From Armatimonadota bacterium (lineage in GTDB: Bacteria > Armatimonadota > HRBIN16): a stretch of DNA of 64,000 nt. This document shows, one piece after another, positions 41,830 through 53,166 of the stretch (within the stretch, counting starts at the first letter, position 1; every line of letters starts with the position of its first letter). Under the pieces are notes generated by a model, which was given only the letters and a program-made list of their open reading frames with translations, was not told the DNA's origin and ran no database searches. The DNA is taken from positions 3,936,001 through 4,000,000 of the forward strand of contig OY781964.1 in assembly GCA_963677485.1 (NCBI GenBank), written 5' to 3'. A program made the translations under genes and the position numbers.

Positions 41830-42171
41830 CTATTTCTGTGTTTCAAAGTTGACGATGTAGTGTCTTTCCTGTGGATGTTTATAAAGATAGCGTCGGCGGG
41901 CTGTGATCTCTTTTCCCTGGTCAGTCTTAACAAACGCCTTCTCTTTGCGTAAGTCTCGGTTATCATGAAGAAGATGGGTGCGTTTTACCTTCATGTTGGC
42001 AATGTCCTTTGAGCGGACAAGGTAGTCACGCCCAATGGTTTTGACTTGAAAAGAGATGAGAAGTATCATGACAAACATGACGCACAAACCCACTACCATC
42101 ACGGTTGAGTTGCCGTCTGATGTAGGACTGGGTCTATGTTGAGTGTTTGTTATAGTTGACAGATGTCTCAT
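41830..42171 (-). CDS. Septum formation initiator family (FtsB/DivIC-like) protein
   Basis: Single TM, short coiled coil, EITARRRYLYKHPQE (cf. E..AR..L....PGE); follows eno as ftsB often does; start uncertain. Confidence 0.6.
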   Translation of the reverse strand: MRHLSTITNTQHRPSPTSDGNSTVMVVGLCVMFVMILLISFQVKTIGRDYLVRSKDIANMKVKRTHLLHDNRDLRKEKAFVKTDQGKEITARRRYLYKHPQERHYIVNFETQK

Positions 42172-42252
42172 GAAGGAAGCAATTCTCCGAAGCGTGATCA
42201 CCGGTGATAATCTACATGCCCAGACGTTCTGCGAAACTGAGCTGTGACTATT

Positions 42253-42261
42253 ATTGTATCA
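42253..42261 (-). promoter_or_regulatory. Extended -10 (TGATACAAT) upstream of the ftsB-like gene
   Basis: TGnTACAAT in an AT-rich intergenic region. Confidence 0.45.
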
Positions 42262-42431
42262 TTAGTTTTTGCAAGATTCCTTACATTTATTGGATATCTC
42301 ACCAAATAGACATCATACGTCAATATATTCCGTCGATATTCAACAATTCAGGGCAAATTTAACCTCTGGGATGCGTTGCACCAAAGAGGTCTTGATCCTA
42401 AACGAAGCGAGGGTCGATGTGATCTCGGCTG

Positions 42432-43757
<1,326 letters not shown>

Positions 43758-43840
43758 CTATCAAATGTAGTATACAGGCTTAAAGCCCCATGCAGAAGTG
43801 CAGAAGCTGCGGGTTGATCCAAAAAGGGCTTGTACGTAAC

Positions 43841-44012
43841 TTGGTTGGTTATGTCCGGGGCGGTCTGGCGGTACACTTGAAATGGCCGCTATCTATAGAC
43901 CGCGCCGGTCTTGTTCCCGACATATATCATTCGTGGCTATCCGCCAGACCGGTTCGGTCTCGAGCTTTCTGTATACGCTAGCGTACGTACAGACCGCCCC
44001 GGACTTTGCCAA
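43841..44012. repeat. Dispersed four-palindrome element, copy 2 (homology to copy 3 extends about 43799-44069)
   Basis: GTCCGGGGCGGTCTG...AGACCGCGCCGGTCT...AGACCGGTTCGGTCT...CAGACCGCCCCGGAC at the same offsets as copies 1 and 3. Confidence 0.95.
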
Positions 44013-44065
44013 TTGAAGGGTCCGAATCCGTTACAGCTTGGGCTGCCGGGTAGGCACGGGCGGTT

Positions 44066-44099
44066 GCTTGTGGCTGTCTGCGGTGAGACAGCCACAAGC
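44066..44099. terminator. 14-bp perfect stem-loop after the HAF-repeat gene
   Basis: GCTTGTGGCTGTCT-GCGGTG-AGACAGCCACAAGC; no U-tract. Confidence 0.55.
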
Positions 44100-44122
44100 C
44101 CTCATGTTAGCGGGAAAACTGC

Positions 44123-45586
44123 TTACGAACCCTGGGCTCCGAAGTTCTTGTCAATGATTACATAGTCGAACAGATTCACCGAGCCGCTGCCATCTCTGTC
44201 GGCACCGACATCACTTGTGTTGAAGTTCGAATCCAGAACAACAAAGTCGAAGAGATTCACAGAACCGTCATTATCTGCATCCCCATTGGCCAGTGTCATG
44301 TTGTATGTCGTGTCAGAGGGCGACACAGGGATGGAGAGTGACAACCAGTAAGGGGTCGAGGCTGAGAGCACATAGTTACCAGCGTCTATTAATGGGAATG
44401 TGAAGGTGCCGGACGGGTTCACACTAACTGTTTGTTGGGTTATCGGGGTTCCGTCCTTCAATAATTTCACGGTGACGTCGGTGGCTCCTCCCATCCAATC
44501 TGAGAGGGTCACGCTGCCATTGATATCAAACTTTCGGGTTGCGATAAAGGCCACTTCCTTCGATCCGCCACTCTCAAGCTGCTGCGTGGCCATACCAACG
44601 ATGGTTCCCAAGCTGTTGATGGCTGTGGCATACTTTACAGTGATAATATCGCTATCTGCCGATTTGATACTGTCCAAGTCATAGCTGCCCAGGCCTGGGA
44701 TATACAGCAGTACGTGTTCACTGCCTGGAGCCGCGGAACTGAGGCCCACCGCCCATTTGCTGGCATTGATCGCGGAAAAACTGCAGTAGGAATCGCCGGG
44801 TAATGGGTCTATGACGGTAGGCGCGGTGGTAGGTGAGTTCCATATCAATGCCCGCTGGTTGTTCAAGGCATCCAGACCGCTGCCCACAATGGTGCTGCCG
44901 TCGCTCGTGATGGCGTTGGCGTATGTGGAAGTGCCCCCGTTCGACGGTAGAGTGCTGAAACCAACTCCTGTGTATGTGAACGCAGTCACAAGTGATCCAT
45001 CAGCATTATTTGAGTATCCAACTATGGTTCCGTTATCTGCGATATCGAGCCCATATGCAGCCACATTGCCGAGGGGGATGCCTAGACTAGTCAAGCTGCT
45101 GTCGGTGGGACGCTTGTAGAACAGGTTGCGCTGACCGGTGGCGTCCGATGAGTTACCGGTGATCAGTCCGTTACTATTAATTGCGCGCGCAAATCCCTTG
45201 GAACCGCCCAGCGTACCCCAGTCTACGACTGCGTTATAGGTAGGCCAGACCAGTGCATGCGGGGTAGATATCCCAGGTCCCCATCCGGCTATTTGGCCCG
45301 AGTTGTTGATGCTCATCGCCACCATGTCACCTGCCATGGTGCCAGTGCTCAACTCTACGGGGGTAGCATTGGGCCAGGCTACAGCCACATAGCCACCTTG
45401 ACCTGTGCGGGTGGTATATCCGCAGGCAACACCAGAATCATTGATGTCGTAAGCTATCGATGTCGAACCACCTAACCCATTAAGGATAGTGATTTTATAG
45501 ACAGGCGCATCAGCCGCGTGAGCCACACATTGTCCTATAGACATAGAGACTGCCATGGCCGCAAGCAGAACAGCTTTATTAATCAT
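44123..45586 (-). CDS. Secreted HAF-type extracellular repeat protein with C-terminal dockerin-like domain
   Basis: Repeats LGG..S.A..IN..G.I.G; duplicated GDADNDGSVNLFDF / ADRDGSGSVNLFDY; signal peptide; AGGAG RBS. Confidence 0.85.
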   Translation of the reverse strand: MINKAVLLAAMAVSMSIGQCVAHAADAPVYKITILNGLGGSTSIAYDINDSGVACGYTTRTGQGGYVAVAWPNATPVELSTGTMAGDMVAMSINNSGQIAGWGPGISTPHALVWPTYNAVVDWGTLGGSKGFARAINSNGLITGNSSDATGQRNLFYKRPTDSSLTSLGIPLGNVAAYGLDIADNGTIVGYSNNADGSLVTAFTYTGVGFSTLPSNGGTSTYANAITSDGSTIVGSGLDALNNQRALIWNSPTTAPTVIDPLPGDSYCSFSAINASKWAVGLSSAAPGSEHVLLYIPGLGSYDLDSIKSADSDIITVKYATAINSLGTIVGMATQQLESGGSKEVAFIATRKFDINGSVTLSDWMGGATDVTVKLLKDGTPITQQTVSVNPSGTFTFPLIDAGNYVLSASTPYWLSLSIPVSPSDTTYNMTLANGDADNDGSVNLFDFVVLDSNFNTSDVGADRDGSGSVNLFDYVIIDKNFGAQGS

Positions 45587-45821
45587 CAGATTCTCCTGGG
45601 TGTCATTGCGAGTACGGCATAAAGCCGGGCATATATATTAAACCGCATTGGACACATTAAGCCAATATTTTAGTATGTCGGTTTATTTGGCATGTTCCAG
45701 TGGGGTGTGAATGTGGTGTCGCCAAATGATGGCCGGTGCCGATGACCTGAAACAACTATTTTCGATATGGGGTCTAACCATGTGTACGTAAAGCTGTATC
45801 ACTAGCAAGATGGAGGCATGA

Positions 45822-46256
45822 ATGATGCGGATTTCAAACAAAATGCGAGCAACAATCGGTGTGATGGCCGGTGTTCTGTGTGTCAGTGTCGCCTATGCGC
45901 AACTTGGCGGGCTGCTTAAGGGGCTTGGAGTGGGCTACTTAGTGGATAAGTTCGGCAAGGACATCAACAAGGGAATCAACGGCCTGTATGGAAATAACAA
46001 GTTTTCAAGCCAGTATGACACCAAGGTTGTACCGATTCTAAGCGTGGGCTCTGGAGGTTACATGGGTGCCGCCCAGGTGGTGGGACCCAAGGATCAGATT
46101 GCCAAGGTCAAGGCGTGCGCGCAGGTTGAAGGGGAGTTCAAAGCGATTGGTGGCGTCCGTCTCCGCGGACTCATTCCGATAAACAGCAAGGGACTTACCG
46201 ATATCAAGCGTGTCGAAGGTGTGGGAGTAGCCGCCCTGATCGACTTCAAACTTTAA
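45822..46256 (+). CDS. Conserved-looking secreted hypothetical protein
   Basis: Signal peptide ending AYA; TKVVPILSVG.G.Y.GAAQV.GP; GGAGG RBS. Confidence 0.78.
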   Translation: MMRISNKMRATIGVMAGVLCVSVAYAQLGGLLKGLGVGYLVDKFGKDINKGINGLYGNNKFSSQYDTKVVPILSVGSGGYMGAAQVVGPKDQIAKVKACAQVEGEFKAIGGVRLRGLIPINSKGLTDIKRVEGVGVAALIDFKL

Positions 46257-46303
46257 CCTGAGTATACCGGTAGACTCACCATATTGGAGAGAAACCCAAA
46301 CGA

Positions 46304-46346
46304 GTGCCGCCCAGGGAGCCAAAAGCTTTCTTGGACGGCACTTCCG
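46304..46346. other. Long imperfect stem-loop after 45822..46256
   Basis: AGTGCCG...GGAGC-CAAAA-GCTTTC...CGGCACT pairs with G-U; terminator or stabiliser. Confidence 0.4.
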
Positions 46347-46444
46347 TATTACAGCCACAGTGGAAACAACGGAATTATTCGGCAGTGACATGTTATGCTA
46401 TTATTGGTAGTTTCGGCCGTCACTGATATCTATAAGGAGTGAGT

Positions 46445-47299
46445 ATGAGCACATATAACGGATTCCCGGGCAAGGTGAAGTTCAGTAACCGAACCCCGGC
46501 TCAAATCGGGTCAATCGTGTTAATCATCGTGGTTATCATGATATTACGCGCCAGCGTGGTAATCGTACCCGCAGGGTATCGCGGGGTCTTGCTGCGGTTT
46601 GGTGCCGTGACGGGTGTCCTCAATGAGGGCATGAACTTGATAGTGCCGTTCATCAGCAGTGCAGAACAGATTGAGGTCCGCACCCAGAAGGAGCAATCCT
46701 CGGCTAGTGCAGCCTCCAAGGATATGCAGACTGTGCAAACGACAGTGGCGATCAACTTCCACCTCATTCCATCGAAAGTCGGCGATCTCTACAAGAATGT
46801 GGGCACCGATTACCGAGTTCGCATTATCGACCCTGCGGTGCAGGAGTCGTTGAAGCAAGTCACGGCCAAATACTCTGCCGAGCAACTGGTGACGCGCCGC
46901 TCAGAAGTCAAGATGCAGGTTGAACATGAGATCACCATGCGTCTAGGGAAGTATGATATTCTAGTGGAGCCGTTAGGCGTGAGTATTACGGACTTCAGTT
47001 TCAGTCCGGAATTCAGTGCCGCAATTGAGCAGAAGCAGGTGGCCCAGCAGGAAACCGAAAAGCAGAAGTATGTGCTGGAGAAAGCCGACCTTGAGCGGCA
47101 AACTGCGGTGATGAAAGCAAAGGGCGAAGCCGAATCCGTCAAAATCAAAGCCATTGCGTTACAGGTTGCCGGGGGCAATAAGGTGCTGGCTCGGGAGTGG
47201 ATTGACAAGTGGGATGGGCACCTGCCGACTGTATCTGGCGGTAACTCCAGCTACATCATGGACCTGAAGTCATTCATGCAAGATAAACCCGGCAAGTGA
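46445..47299 (+). CDS. SPFH/prohibitin family membrane protein
   Basis: VPAGYRGVLLRFG, ASKDMQ, AIEQKQVAQQ, WIDKWDGHLP; AAGGAG RBS (GTG 46439 alternative). Confidence 0.92.
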   Translation: MSTYNGFPGKVKFSNRTPAQIGSIVLIIVVIMILRASVVIVPAGYRGVLLRFGAVTGVLNEGMNLIVPFISSAEQIEVRTQKEQSSASAASKDMQTVQTTVAINFHLIPSKVGDLYKNVGTDYRVRIIDPAVQESLKQVTAKYSAEQLVTRRSEVKMQVEHEITMRLGKYDILVEPLGVSITDFSFSPEFSAAIEQKQVAQQETEKQKYVLEKADLERQTAVMKAKGEAESVKIKAIALQVAGGNKVLAREWIDKWDGHLPTVSGGNSSYIMDLKSFMQDKPGK

Positions 47300-47670
47300 A
47301 CAAGCTCCTCGCCATTATGGTAGGCGGGGCTATAGGCGCCGTTTTGAGGTATTTTGTGTCAACGGGAAGCGCAAAGCTGTTTGGCAGCAGCTTCCCGTGG
47401 GGCACCCTTATAGTGAACACCGCAGGCTGTCTCATGATTGGGGTCGCCTTAGGTGTTGCTCAGACCAGGGGGATGGATGAGCACCTCAGGTTGTTTTTTG
47501 TGACCGGATTTCTAGGCGCACTGACCACATTTTCCACATTCTCATTTGAGACCATCGAACAAGCCCGGCAGGGAGCCATATTGGTAAGCCTGACCAACGT
47601 GCTGGCTAACAACATGCTGGGGATAGCCGCCGCTTATCTGGGATACTGGGGCGTGACACGGACACTGTAA
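47296..47670 (+). CDS. crcB: Fluoride efflux channel Fluc
   Basis: GGAIGAVLRY, FPWGTLIVN, TGFLGALTTFSTFS.E. Confidence 0.95.
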   Translation: MNKLLAIMVGGAIGAVLRYFVSTGSAKLFGSSFPWGTLIVNTAGCLMIGVALGVAQTRGMDEHLRLFFVTGFLGALTTFSTFSFETIEQARQGAILVSLTNVLANNMLGIAAAYLGYWGVTRTL

Positions 47671-47682
47671 GGGTGGGATTTC

Positions 47683-47707
47683 GTATGGATGACCCTTGTG
47701 GTCATCC
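47683..47707 (+). repeat. REP-like palindrome (GTAT variant of GTAG family)
   Basis: GTAT-GGATGACC-CTTGT-GGTCATCC. Confidence 0.5.
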
Positions 47708-47787
47708 GCGGTGATTGTCCGGTGCGACCCACTTCGGGGTGAGAATGCAGCAACTGTTACTACCGGTTTCGTGGGTTTGTATGTCAC

Positions 47788-47959
47788 TTGGTTGGCTAAG
47801 TCCGGGGCGGTCTGTCAGTACGCCTGCGGCTGCCACTGTCAATAGACCGCGCCGGTCTTGTTTACGACACAGATCTTTCAGGGCTATCCGCCAGACCGGC
47901 GCGGTCTCGAGCCTTCTGCATCCGCTAGCCTACGCACAGACCGCCCCGGACCTAGCCAA
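47788..47959. repeat. Dispersed four-palindrome element, copy 3 (extended homology reaches the plsY stop codon)
   Basis: About 20 mismatches and no indels versus copy 1 over 172 bp (manual count); core palindromes identical. Confidence 0.95.
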
Positions 47960-48014
47960 AAAGAGGGAACGCATCAGTTTTAGTCTAGGCTGCAGGGCCA
48001 GCACGGGCTGGTGC

Positions 48015-48644
48015 TTAACCCTTCTTGATCCACGGCATATGCACCTTAGGCTCTGTTCCGTTCATCAGCCTCGTAAAGTTGGCTTTATGCTTCGCGACTA
48101 CAAAAACAGCAGCAGGCACGATCAGGAACAGGTGGTAAGGATGTGTGCTCGCGGGCGCACGGGCGATGGTCATGGCCAATAGAGGCAACCCGATGGCCCC
48201 CAGGCAACTGGCCAGAGAAACCCACCGGAATGCCATAAGAGCCACAACCCATATCACGAACGCGCCGAGTGAAGCCATGGGCACCATTGAGATACAAAAG
48301 CCAAGTCCAGTAGCTACCCCTCGGCCGCCTTTAAACTTGAGGAATGGGCAGAATGTGTGTCCCAGGATCGCTCCGCAGCCCGCGGCAAGCTGATCATACG
48401 GATACAGCCCCTTGACTGCCAGGTATGTGGGAACCCAACCCTTCAATACATCCAGTATGAAGACTCCCAGCCCTGCTGCTGGCCCGAGAGTGCGCCAGGC
48501 ATTGGTGGCTCCAATGTTACCTGAGCCTTTCTCGCGGATATCCACTCCCTTGAAGTATTTCGCGATCAAGAATCCAAAGGGGATGCTGCCGCATATGTAT
48601 CCTGCGACGAGCCCTATTACTACCGTAAGCGCCGTGTGATCCAT
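48015..48644 (-). CDS. plsY: Glycerol-3-phosphate acyltransferase
   Basis: GYICGSIPFG, DIREKGSGNIGATNAWR, DVLKG, GHTFCPFLKFKGGRGVAT, KHKANFTRL..GTE. Confidence 0.95.
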   Translation of the reverse strand: MDHTALTVVIGLVAGYICGSIPFGFLIAKYFKGVDIREKGSGNIGATNAWRTLGPAAGLGVFILDVLKGWVPTYLAVKGLYPYDQLAAGCGAILGHTFCPFLKFKGGRGVATGLGFCISMVPMASLGAFVIWVVALMAFRWVSLASCLGAIGLPLLAMTIARAPASTHPYHLFLIVPAAVFVVAKHKANFTRLMNGTEPKVHMPWIKKG

Positions 48645-48682
48645 GATATATCGTCCTTAGTATGAGTATGTGGTAGCCGATT

Positions 48683-51600
48683 TTAGAAACTGCGGCCGTA
48701 TAGGTCGCGCTCAACCCAGTCACGAACCTCTTTACGGAACTGATCCAGTTCGCGGATAAGGTTCTGCTCAACTGCGGCTCCATCAGCAACTGTCGCGGTA
48801 TGCAGCATACGTGCGATGATAGCTTGTTGATTGACATCCGTTGGTAGATTATCGATAGCTCTGCCGAAATAGAGGTTCATGGCGTTGCGTATTTTTGTGC
48901 ATATTTCATAACTTCGGCACGCCGCTCTGGCGTCAGCCGCGGCTATCAGTTTCGCCGATCTGAGCGCGTTGATCGCCGCTATCGTGCTGGTCCGTTGTAC
49001 CGATGTGTTGTCGTGCCCATGCATTAGCTGCAGTGACTGTGTGGTGAACTCAATGTCAATCATACCGCCTGCACCCAGCTTCAGGTCACTCCAGTTGTTC
49101 TCTGGTTTGAGGCGTTCATTTTCCACACGTTTCTTTACTTCACGTATGGAGTCGAGTTCCTCTTGAGAGAGTGATCTGCCATAGACGGCCTCGTTGGCCA
49201 TCTTCATCCATTTGGCGATGGTGTCTGAGTTACCGCCAATGGCTCTGGCCTTGATGAGTGACATCCGTTCCCAGGTTTCACCGCGGCTTGCATAGTAACC
49301 TTCGTAATCTCCAGGAGTTCTGGCTATGGCTCCAAATCGGCCTTCTGGGCGTAATCTGGCGTCTATCTCGAGTGACTCACCTTGAACTTCCACCATTTTG
49401 CCCATGCTGAGCACCAGTTCACACATTTTAGCAGCCGTTTGGTACGCCACATTATGCGGCACATCGTCGGGCTGCTCGAATGTAAACATGATATCAAGAT
49501 CGCTGCTGTAGCCCATCTCGTGACCGCCCAATTTACCAAGCCCGATGATGGCTACCGTATCAAGAACCTTTTGCTCGTAGACACTCAGACCAAGACTGGA
49601 TTGGCGTCGCGCGATCTCCAGCAATGTATCGAGAACAGCTTCATAGAGATTCGTGATCTCGTGAGCGGTGTCCGTTCCAGATATCTCACCCCACAGATCA
49701 CGTGCGACAATGCGCATACGCTCTCGGCGGATAAATGGGGCGACAGCCTGCATCTTTTGAGCAGGGGTTCCTCGACGGGGAAGCCGTTCGTAGAGTTCTT
49801 CTTTGAGGCGATGCACACCTTTGGGGCGGCTTTCCACGATCTCTTCGCTGAATAATACATCGAGAAGTTCCTGGTGGCTGGCCAAGGTGTTGATGGTGCT
49901 GGGACTGCACCCTGCCATGTGTACCAGTTGACGCAGAACCACAGGGCTGTCGTTAAAAACTTGATACAGGTGTGCCCGGCTTGGAGCTGCCACGGACAGT
50001 GTCTCTATCCCCAACAACGCGGCGTCAGGATCTGGACTCCGTTGTGCAAACGCGATTAACTTCGGCGCGATGGTGAGAAAATGCTGCTGGACTTGTGGGC
50101 TGGCTGCTCCGGCACTCATAGCACCAGATGGGGTCAACATACCCGTGACCGGTATGTGCAACAGGTGCAAAGCGCGTTCCGTGTCCCGAAAACCTACAGC
50201 GGAAAGCATGCTGGCGAGTGTCTTTTGGGCGATGGGCATTTGTATGTTACGAAGAAGGTTGCTCATCGACTCCGTGTATGCATCTACCTGTCGGTCAGCC
50301 ATTTCACCATAGAAGAGCTGTTCAAACAGCGTCCGAACTTTGGTGCGGATGGCGTTGTAGTGCGTCATGAAGTCATCTGTGCCGATAAATCCCATTCGGC
50401 GGGCCAGCAATGTGAGTGCTCTCTCATCTTTGGGCAGCGTCTGAGTTTGCTGTTCGTATAAGATTTGCAGACGATGTTCGACCGTACGCATGAAGGTGTA
50501 TCCCTCCGCAAATGCGGAGGCCTCGTCTTGCTTGAGGAACCCTTCTTGACATAGCCGATCCAGTGCTTCGAGCGTATTCCCTGTCCGCAGGGCGGGGTGA
50601 CGGCCACCTGTGAGCAGTTGCATCAGTTGGACCGTAAACTCCACATCGCGTATGCCGCCAAGCCCAATTTTCACGTTGGTTTCTTGCACGTCCGATATCA
50701 CCGCAGATTGTTCGATGCGCTGCTTGTTCAGGTGGATGTCATCTACCCATTGCTTCGGTATCGTGCGGCGGTAAGTGGTCTCTTGTGCCAGTTGCATGAA
50801 GCGGGCACCCAGGTCTGGGTCTCCGGCGACGAATCTGGCTTTGATCAGCGCTTGACGCTCCCAGCTTTCCGCCCAGTTCTCGTAGTAGTTGGCGCATCCG
50901 ATAAGCGACCTTGAGGGGCTTCCGTAGCGGCCTTCAGGCCTTAGGCGGAGATCCACTCGAAACACCATGCCGAGTTCCGTAGATTTGCTGAGCACTGTCA
51001 CGATCTCTTGCGCGAGTTTGTCTGAGTAAGCTGAGGCCACAAGTTTACCGCTGACTGGCGATGTGTCATCATAGACAAACATCAGATCTATGTCGCTGCT
51101 GTAATTCAGCTCTCGGCCGCCGTGTTTGCCCATGGCGATGACCGCAAACGGCGGTGTAGTCGTCATCTGGAATTTGTGGCTGACATACTCCTGGGCCACT
51201 TCAAATGAGACTTGGGTCATGGCATCAGCAAAGTCACTGAGTGCGCGTGCTATGACGGGTAATGGCTGTGTGCCTAAGATGTCCATCACTCCGATGCGCA
51301 GCACCTCACGGCGCTTGTAACGCCGAATGGCGTTGAGCTGCATCGCATAGCTGCTGCTGATTTTGATCATCTTGTGGGCTTCGCGGTAGTGCTGTGTGGT
51401 CGATATCACGCGGCTGCGTTGATCGGGGTCGCTGAAAAACTCAAACAGCTCGGGTTGAGCGATGAGTATCTCGCTGAAAAATTGGCTTGTGGCACAGACG
51501 GTAAAGAAAATCTCAAATGTCTTTGGGTTGCTGCATAAAAATCTGTAGTATGGCAGACGGTTTGTTAAGGACGCCTGCCAGCGGTCGAAATTCACCAGAG

Positions 51601-51790
51601 CCATATCGGGATCAGGGCTTAGCAGAAGCGAGCTTCTGAGAGCTGGCAGCATCTCATCAAACGCTTCTGCATGAGGACCCCATCCGCGTAATGCCTCCAG
51701 TATGGAGTTTGCGCGACGCATGTCTTGAATTCCGACTTCGGTCAGGAACTCTTCGGAAAGGATCGGGCTTTGACTGTGATTATCGGGCAT
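48683..51790 (-). CDS. glnE: Bifunctional glutamine synthetase adenylyltransferase/adenylyl-removing enzyme
   Basis: Two nucleotidyltransferase halves: MGKHGGRELNYSSDIDL/RVDLRLRPEG/GGIRDVEF and LGKLGGHEMGYSSDLDI/IDARLRPEG/GGMIDIEF. Confidence 0.94.
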   Translation of the reverse strand: MPDNHSQSPILSEEFLTEVGIQDMRRANSILEALRGWGPHAEAFDEMLPALRSSLLLSPDPDMALVNFDRWQASLTNRLPYYRFLCSNPKTFEIFFTVCATSQFFSEILIAQPELFEFFSDPDQRSRVISTTQHYREAHKMIKISSSYAMQLNAIRRYKRREVLRIGVMDILGTQPLPVIARALSDFADAMTQVSFEVAQEYVSHKFQMTTTPPFAVIAMGKHGGRELNYSSDIDLMFVYDDTSPVSGKLVASAYSDKLAQEIVTVLSKSTELGMVFRVDLRLRPEGRYGSPSRSLIGCANYYENWAESWERQALIKARFVAGDPDLGARFMQLAQETTYRRTIPKQWVDDIHLNKQRIEQSAVISDVQETNVKIGLGGIRDVEFTVQLMQLLTGGRHPALRTGNTLEALDRLCQEGFLKQDEASAFAEGYTFMRTVEHRLQILYEQQTQTLPKDERALTLLARRMGFIGTDDFMTHYNAIRTKVRTLFEQLFYGEMADRQVDAYTESMSNLLRNIQMPIAQKTLASMLSAVGFRDTERALHLLHIPVTGMLTPSGAMSAGAASPQVQQHFLTIAPKLIAFAQRSPDPDAALLGIETLSVAAPSRAHLYQVFNDSPVVLRQLVHMAGCSPSTINTLASHQELLDVLFSEEIVESRPKGVHRLKEELYERLPRRGTPAQKMQAVAPFIRRERMRIVARDLWGEISGTDTAHEITNLYEAVLDTLLEIARRQSSLGLSVYEQKVLDTVAIIGLGKLGGHEMGYSSDLDIMFTFEQPDDVPHNVAYQTAAKMCELVLSMGKMVEVQGESLEIDARLRPEGRFGAIARTPGDYEGYYASRGETWERMSLIKARAIGGNSDTIAKWMKMANEAVYGRSLSQEELDSIREVKKRVENERLKPENNWSDLKLGAGGMIDIEFTTQSLQLMHGHDNTSVQRTSTIAAINALRSAKLIAAADARAACRSYEICTKIRNAMNLYFGRAIDNLPTDVNQQAIIARMLHTATVADGAAVEQNLIRELDQFRKEVRDWVERDLYGRSF

Positions 51791-51795
51791 TCTAC

Positions 51796-53148
51796 CTATT
51801 CGTCTTTAGCTTTGTAAGACGCCTCTTTGACCACTAACCGGATGGGCGTTCCTTCGAATGCGACGTGTCTACGGATCGCATTCTCCAGGTACCTCAGGTA
51901 TGAGAAGTGGCACAATTCGGCATCATTGACGAATAGCACGATCGTTGGCGGTTTGACTGTTGCCATCGTTGCATAGTAAATCCGCAGAGTTTTTCCTTTG
52001 CGTGAATAGGGCTTCACATCTGAAGCTTCCCGAACGACCCTGTTAAGAAGTCCGGTTGGTATACGGTGAGCGTGCATCTCCGCCGCATCGAGCGCGGTGG
52101 TCACCACATGCTTGATGCCTGTGTTTTCCAGGGCACTGGTGAATACTAACGGCGCGAACGCGAGGAAAGGCACCTCGTTGCGGAAAATGGCGGTGTAGTC
52201 TTTGATCAGGGTGCGGCTTTTCGGATTAGCCGTTAAGTCCCACTTGTTGACGACCACGATACAGGCCCGGCCCTCTTCTACGATGATGCCGCCAACCCGC
52301 TTGTCGCCTTCTGTGACTCCTGCAGTGCCATCAACCACCAAAACCGCCACATCACAACGGGCAATCGCCCGCTGGGCGCGCAGCACGGAATAATATTCCA
52401 CGGAGCCCTGCACTTTACCGGCTTTACGGATGCCGGCGGTGTCGATGAGTGTGATCTCCTGATCATTCCATTTCAAGCGGGTATCGATGGCGTCGCGGGT
52501 TGTGCCGGCGATCTCACTGACGATGAGGCGTTTTTCGCCCAGAAGCGAGTTCACCAGGGATGATTTTCCCACATTCGGGCGGCCTACGATGGCCAGCTTG
52601 GTGTTCTCATCTTCGGCTACTTCACCGTCGCTTCGGGGAAGCAGCTGTACCACGCGGTCTAGCACATCGGCCACACCGTGACCATGGATGCAGCTAATGG
52701 TGAAGAGCTCGCCCATGCCCAAGCTGTAGAATTCCGCCGATTCTATCTCGCGATTTTGGTTGTCGGTTTTGTTGACGACGATGATGACGGGGGTTTTAGT
52801 GCCCCTAAGTGCGTCTGCCAGCTCCTGGTCAGCCGCCGTCATACCGTCCATAGCATCCACCATGAACAGGATGACATCAGCTTCCGACATGGCCATGTTG
52901 GCTTGCAGCCGTATCTGGTCCATGAGCGGGTCGTTGGCGGTCATCAAGATGCCGCCGGTGTCGATCAGGTTGAACACTGCACCGCACCATTCCGCTTCGG
53001 CGGAGATGCGATCGCGAGTGATGCCCGGTATGTCCTCTACAATAGCAGAGCGGTAACCCAGCAACCGATTGAAAAGTGTGGATTTGCCTACGTTGGGGCG
53101 GCCCACGATGACCACTGAGGGCCTTTTTACTGTCGTTTCGTTATTCAT
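51796..53148 (-). CDS. der: Ribosome biogenesis GTPase Der (EngA)
   Basis: Two G domains (GRPNVGKST/DTGG/NKTD; GRPNVGKSS/DTAG/NKWD) plus KH-like tail. Confidence 0.97.
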   Translation of the reverse strand: MNNETTVKRPSVVIVGRPNVGKSTLFNRLLGYRSAIVEDIPGITRDRISAEAEWCGAVFNLIDTGGILMTANDPLMDQIRLQANMAMSEADVILFMVDAMDGMTAADQELADALRGTKTPVIIVVNKTDNQNREIESAEFYSLGMGELFTISCIHGHGVADVLDRVVQLLPRSDGEVAEDENTKLAIVGRPNVGKSSLVNSLLGEKRLIVSEIAGTTRDAIDTRLKWNDQEITLIDTAGIRKAGKVQGSVEYYSVLRAQRAIARCDVAVLVVDGTAGVTEGDKRVGGIIVEEGRACIVVVNKWDLTANPKSRTLIKDYTAIFRNEVPFLAFAPLVFTSALENTGIKHVVTTALDAAEMHAHRIPTGLLNRVVREASDVKPYSRKGKTLRIYYATMATVKPPTIVLFVNDAELCHFSYLRYLENAIRRHVAFEGTPIRLVVKEASYKAKDE

Positions 53149-53157
53149 GTCAGTATT

Positions 53158-53166
53158 AGTGTACCA
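53158..53166 (-). promoter_or_regulatory. Extended -10 (TGGTACACT) just upstream of der
   Basis: Ends 9 nt before the ATG; no SD sequence. Confidence 0.5.

Noticed and set aside
47715-48182. ORFs across the repeat copies (also 43790..43981 and 43911..44165)
   Set aside because: The open frames differ between copies and lack RBSs; likely chance ORFs
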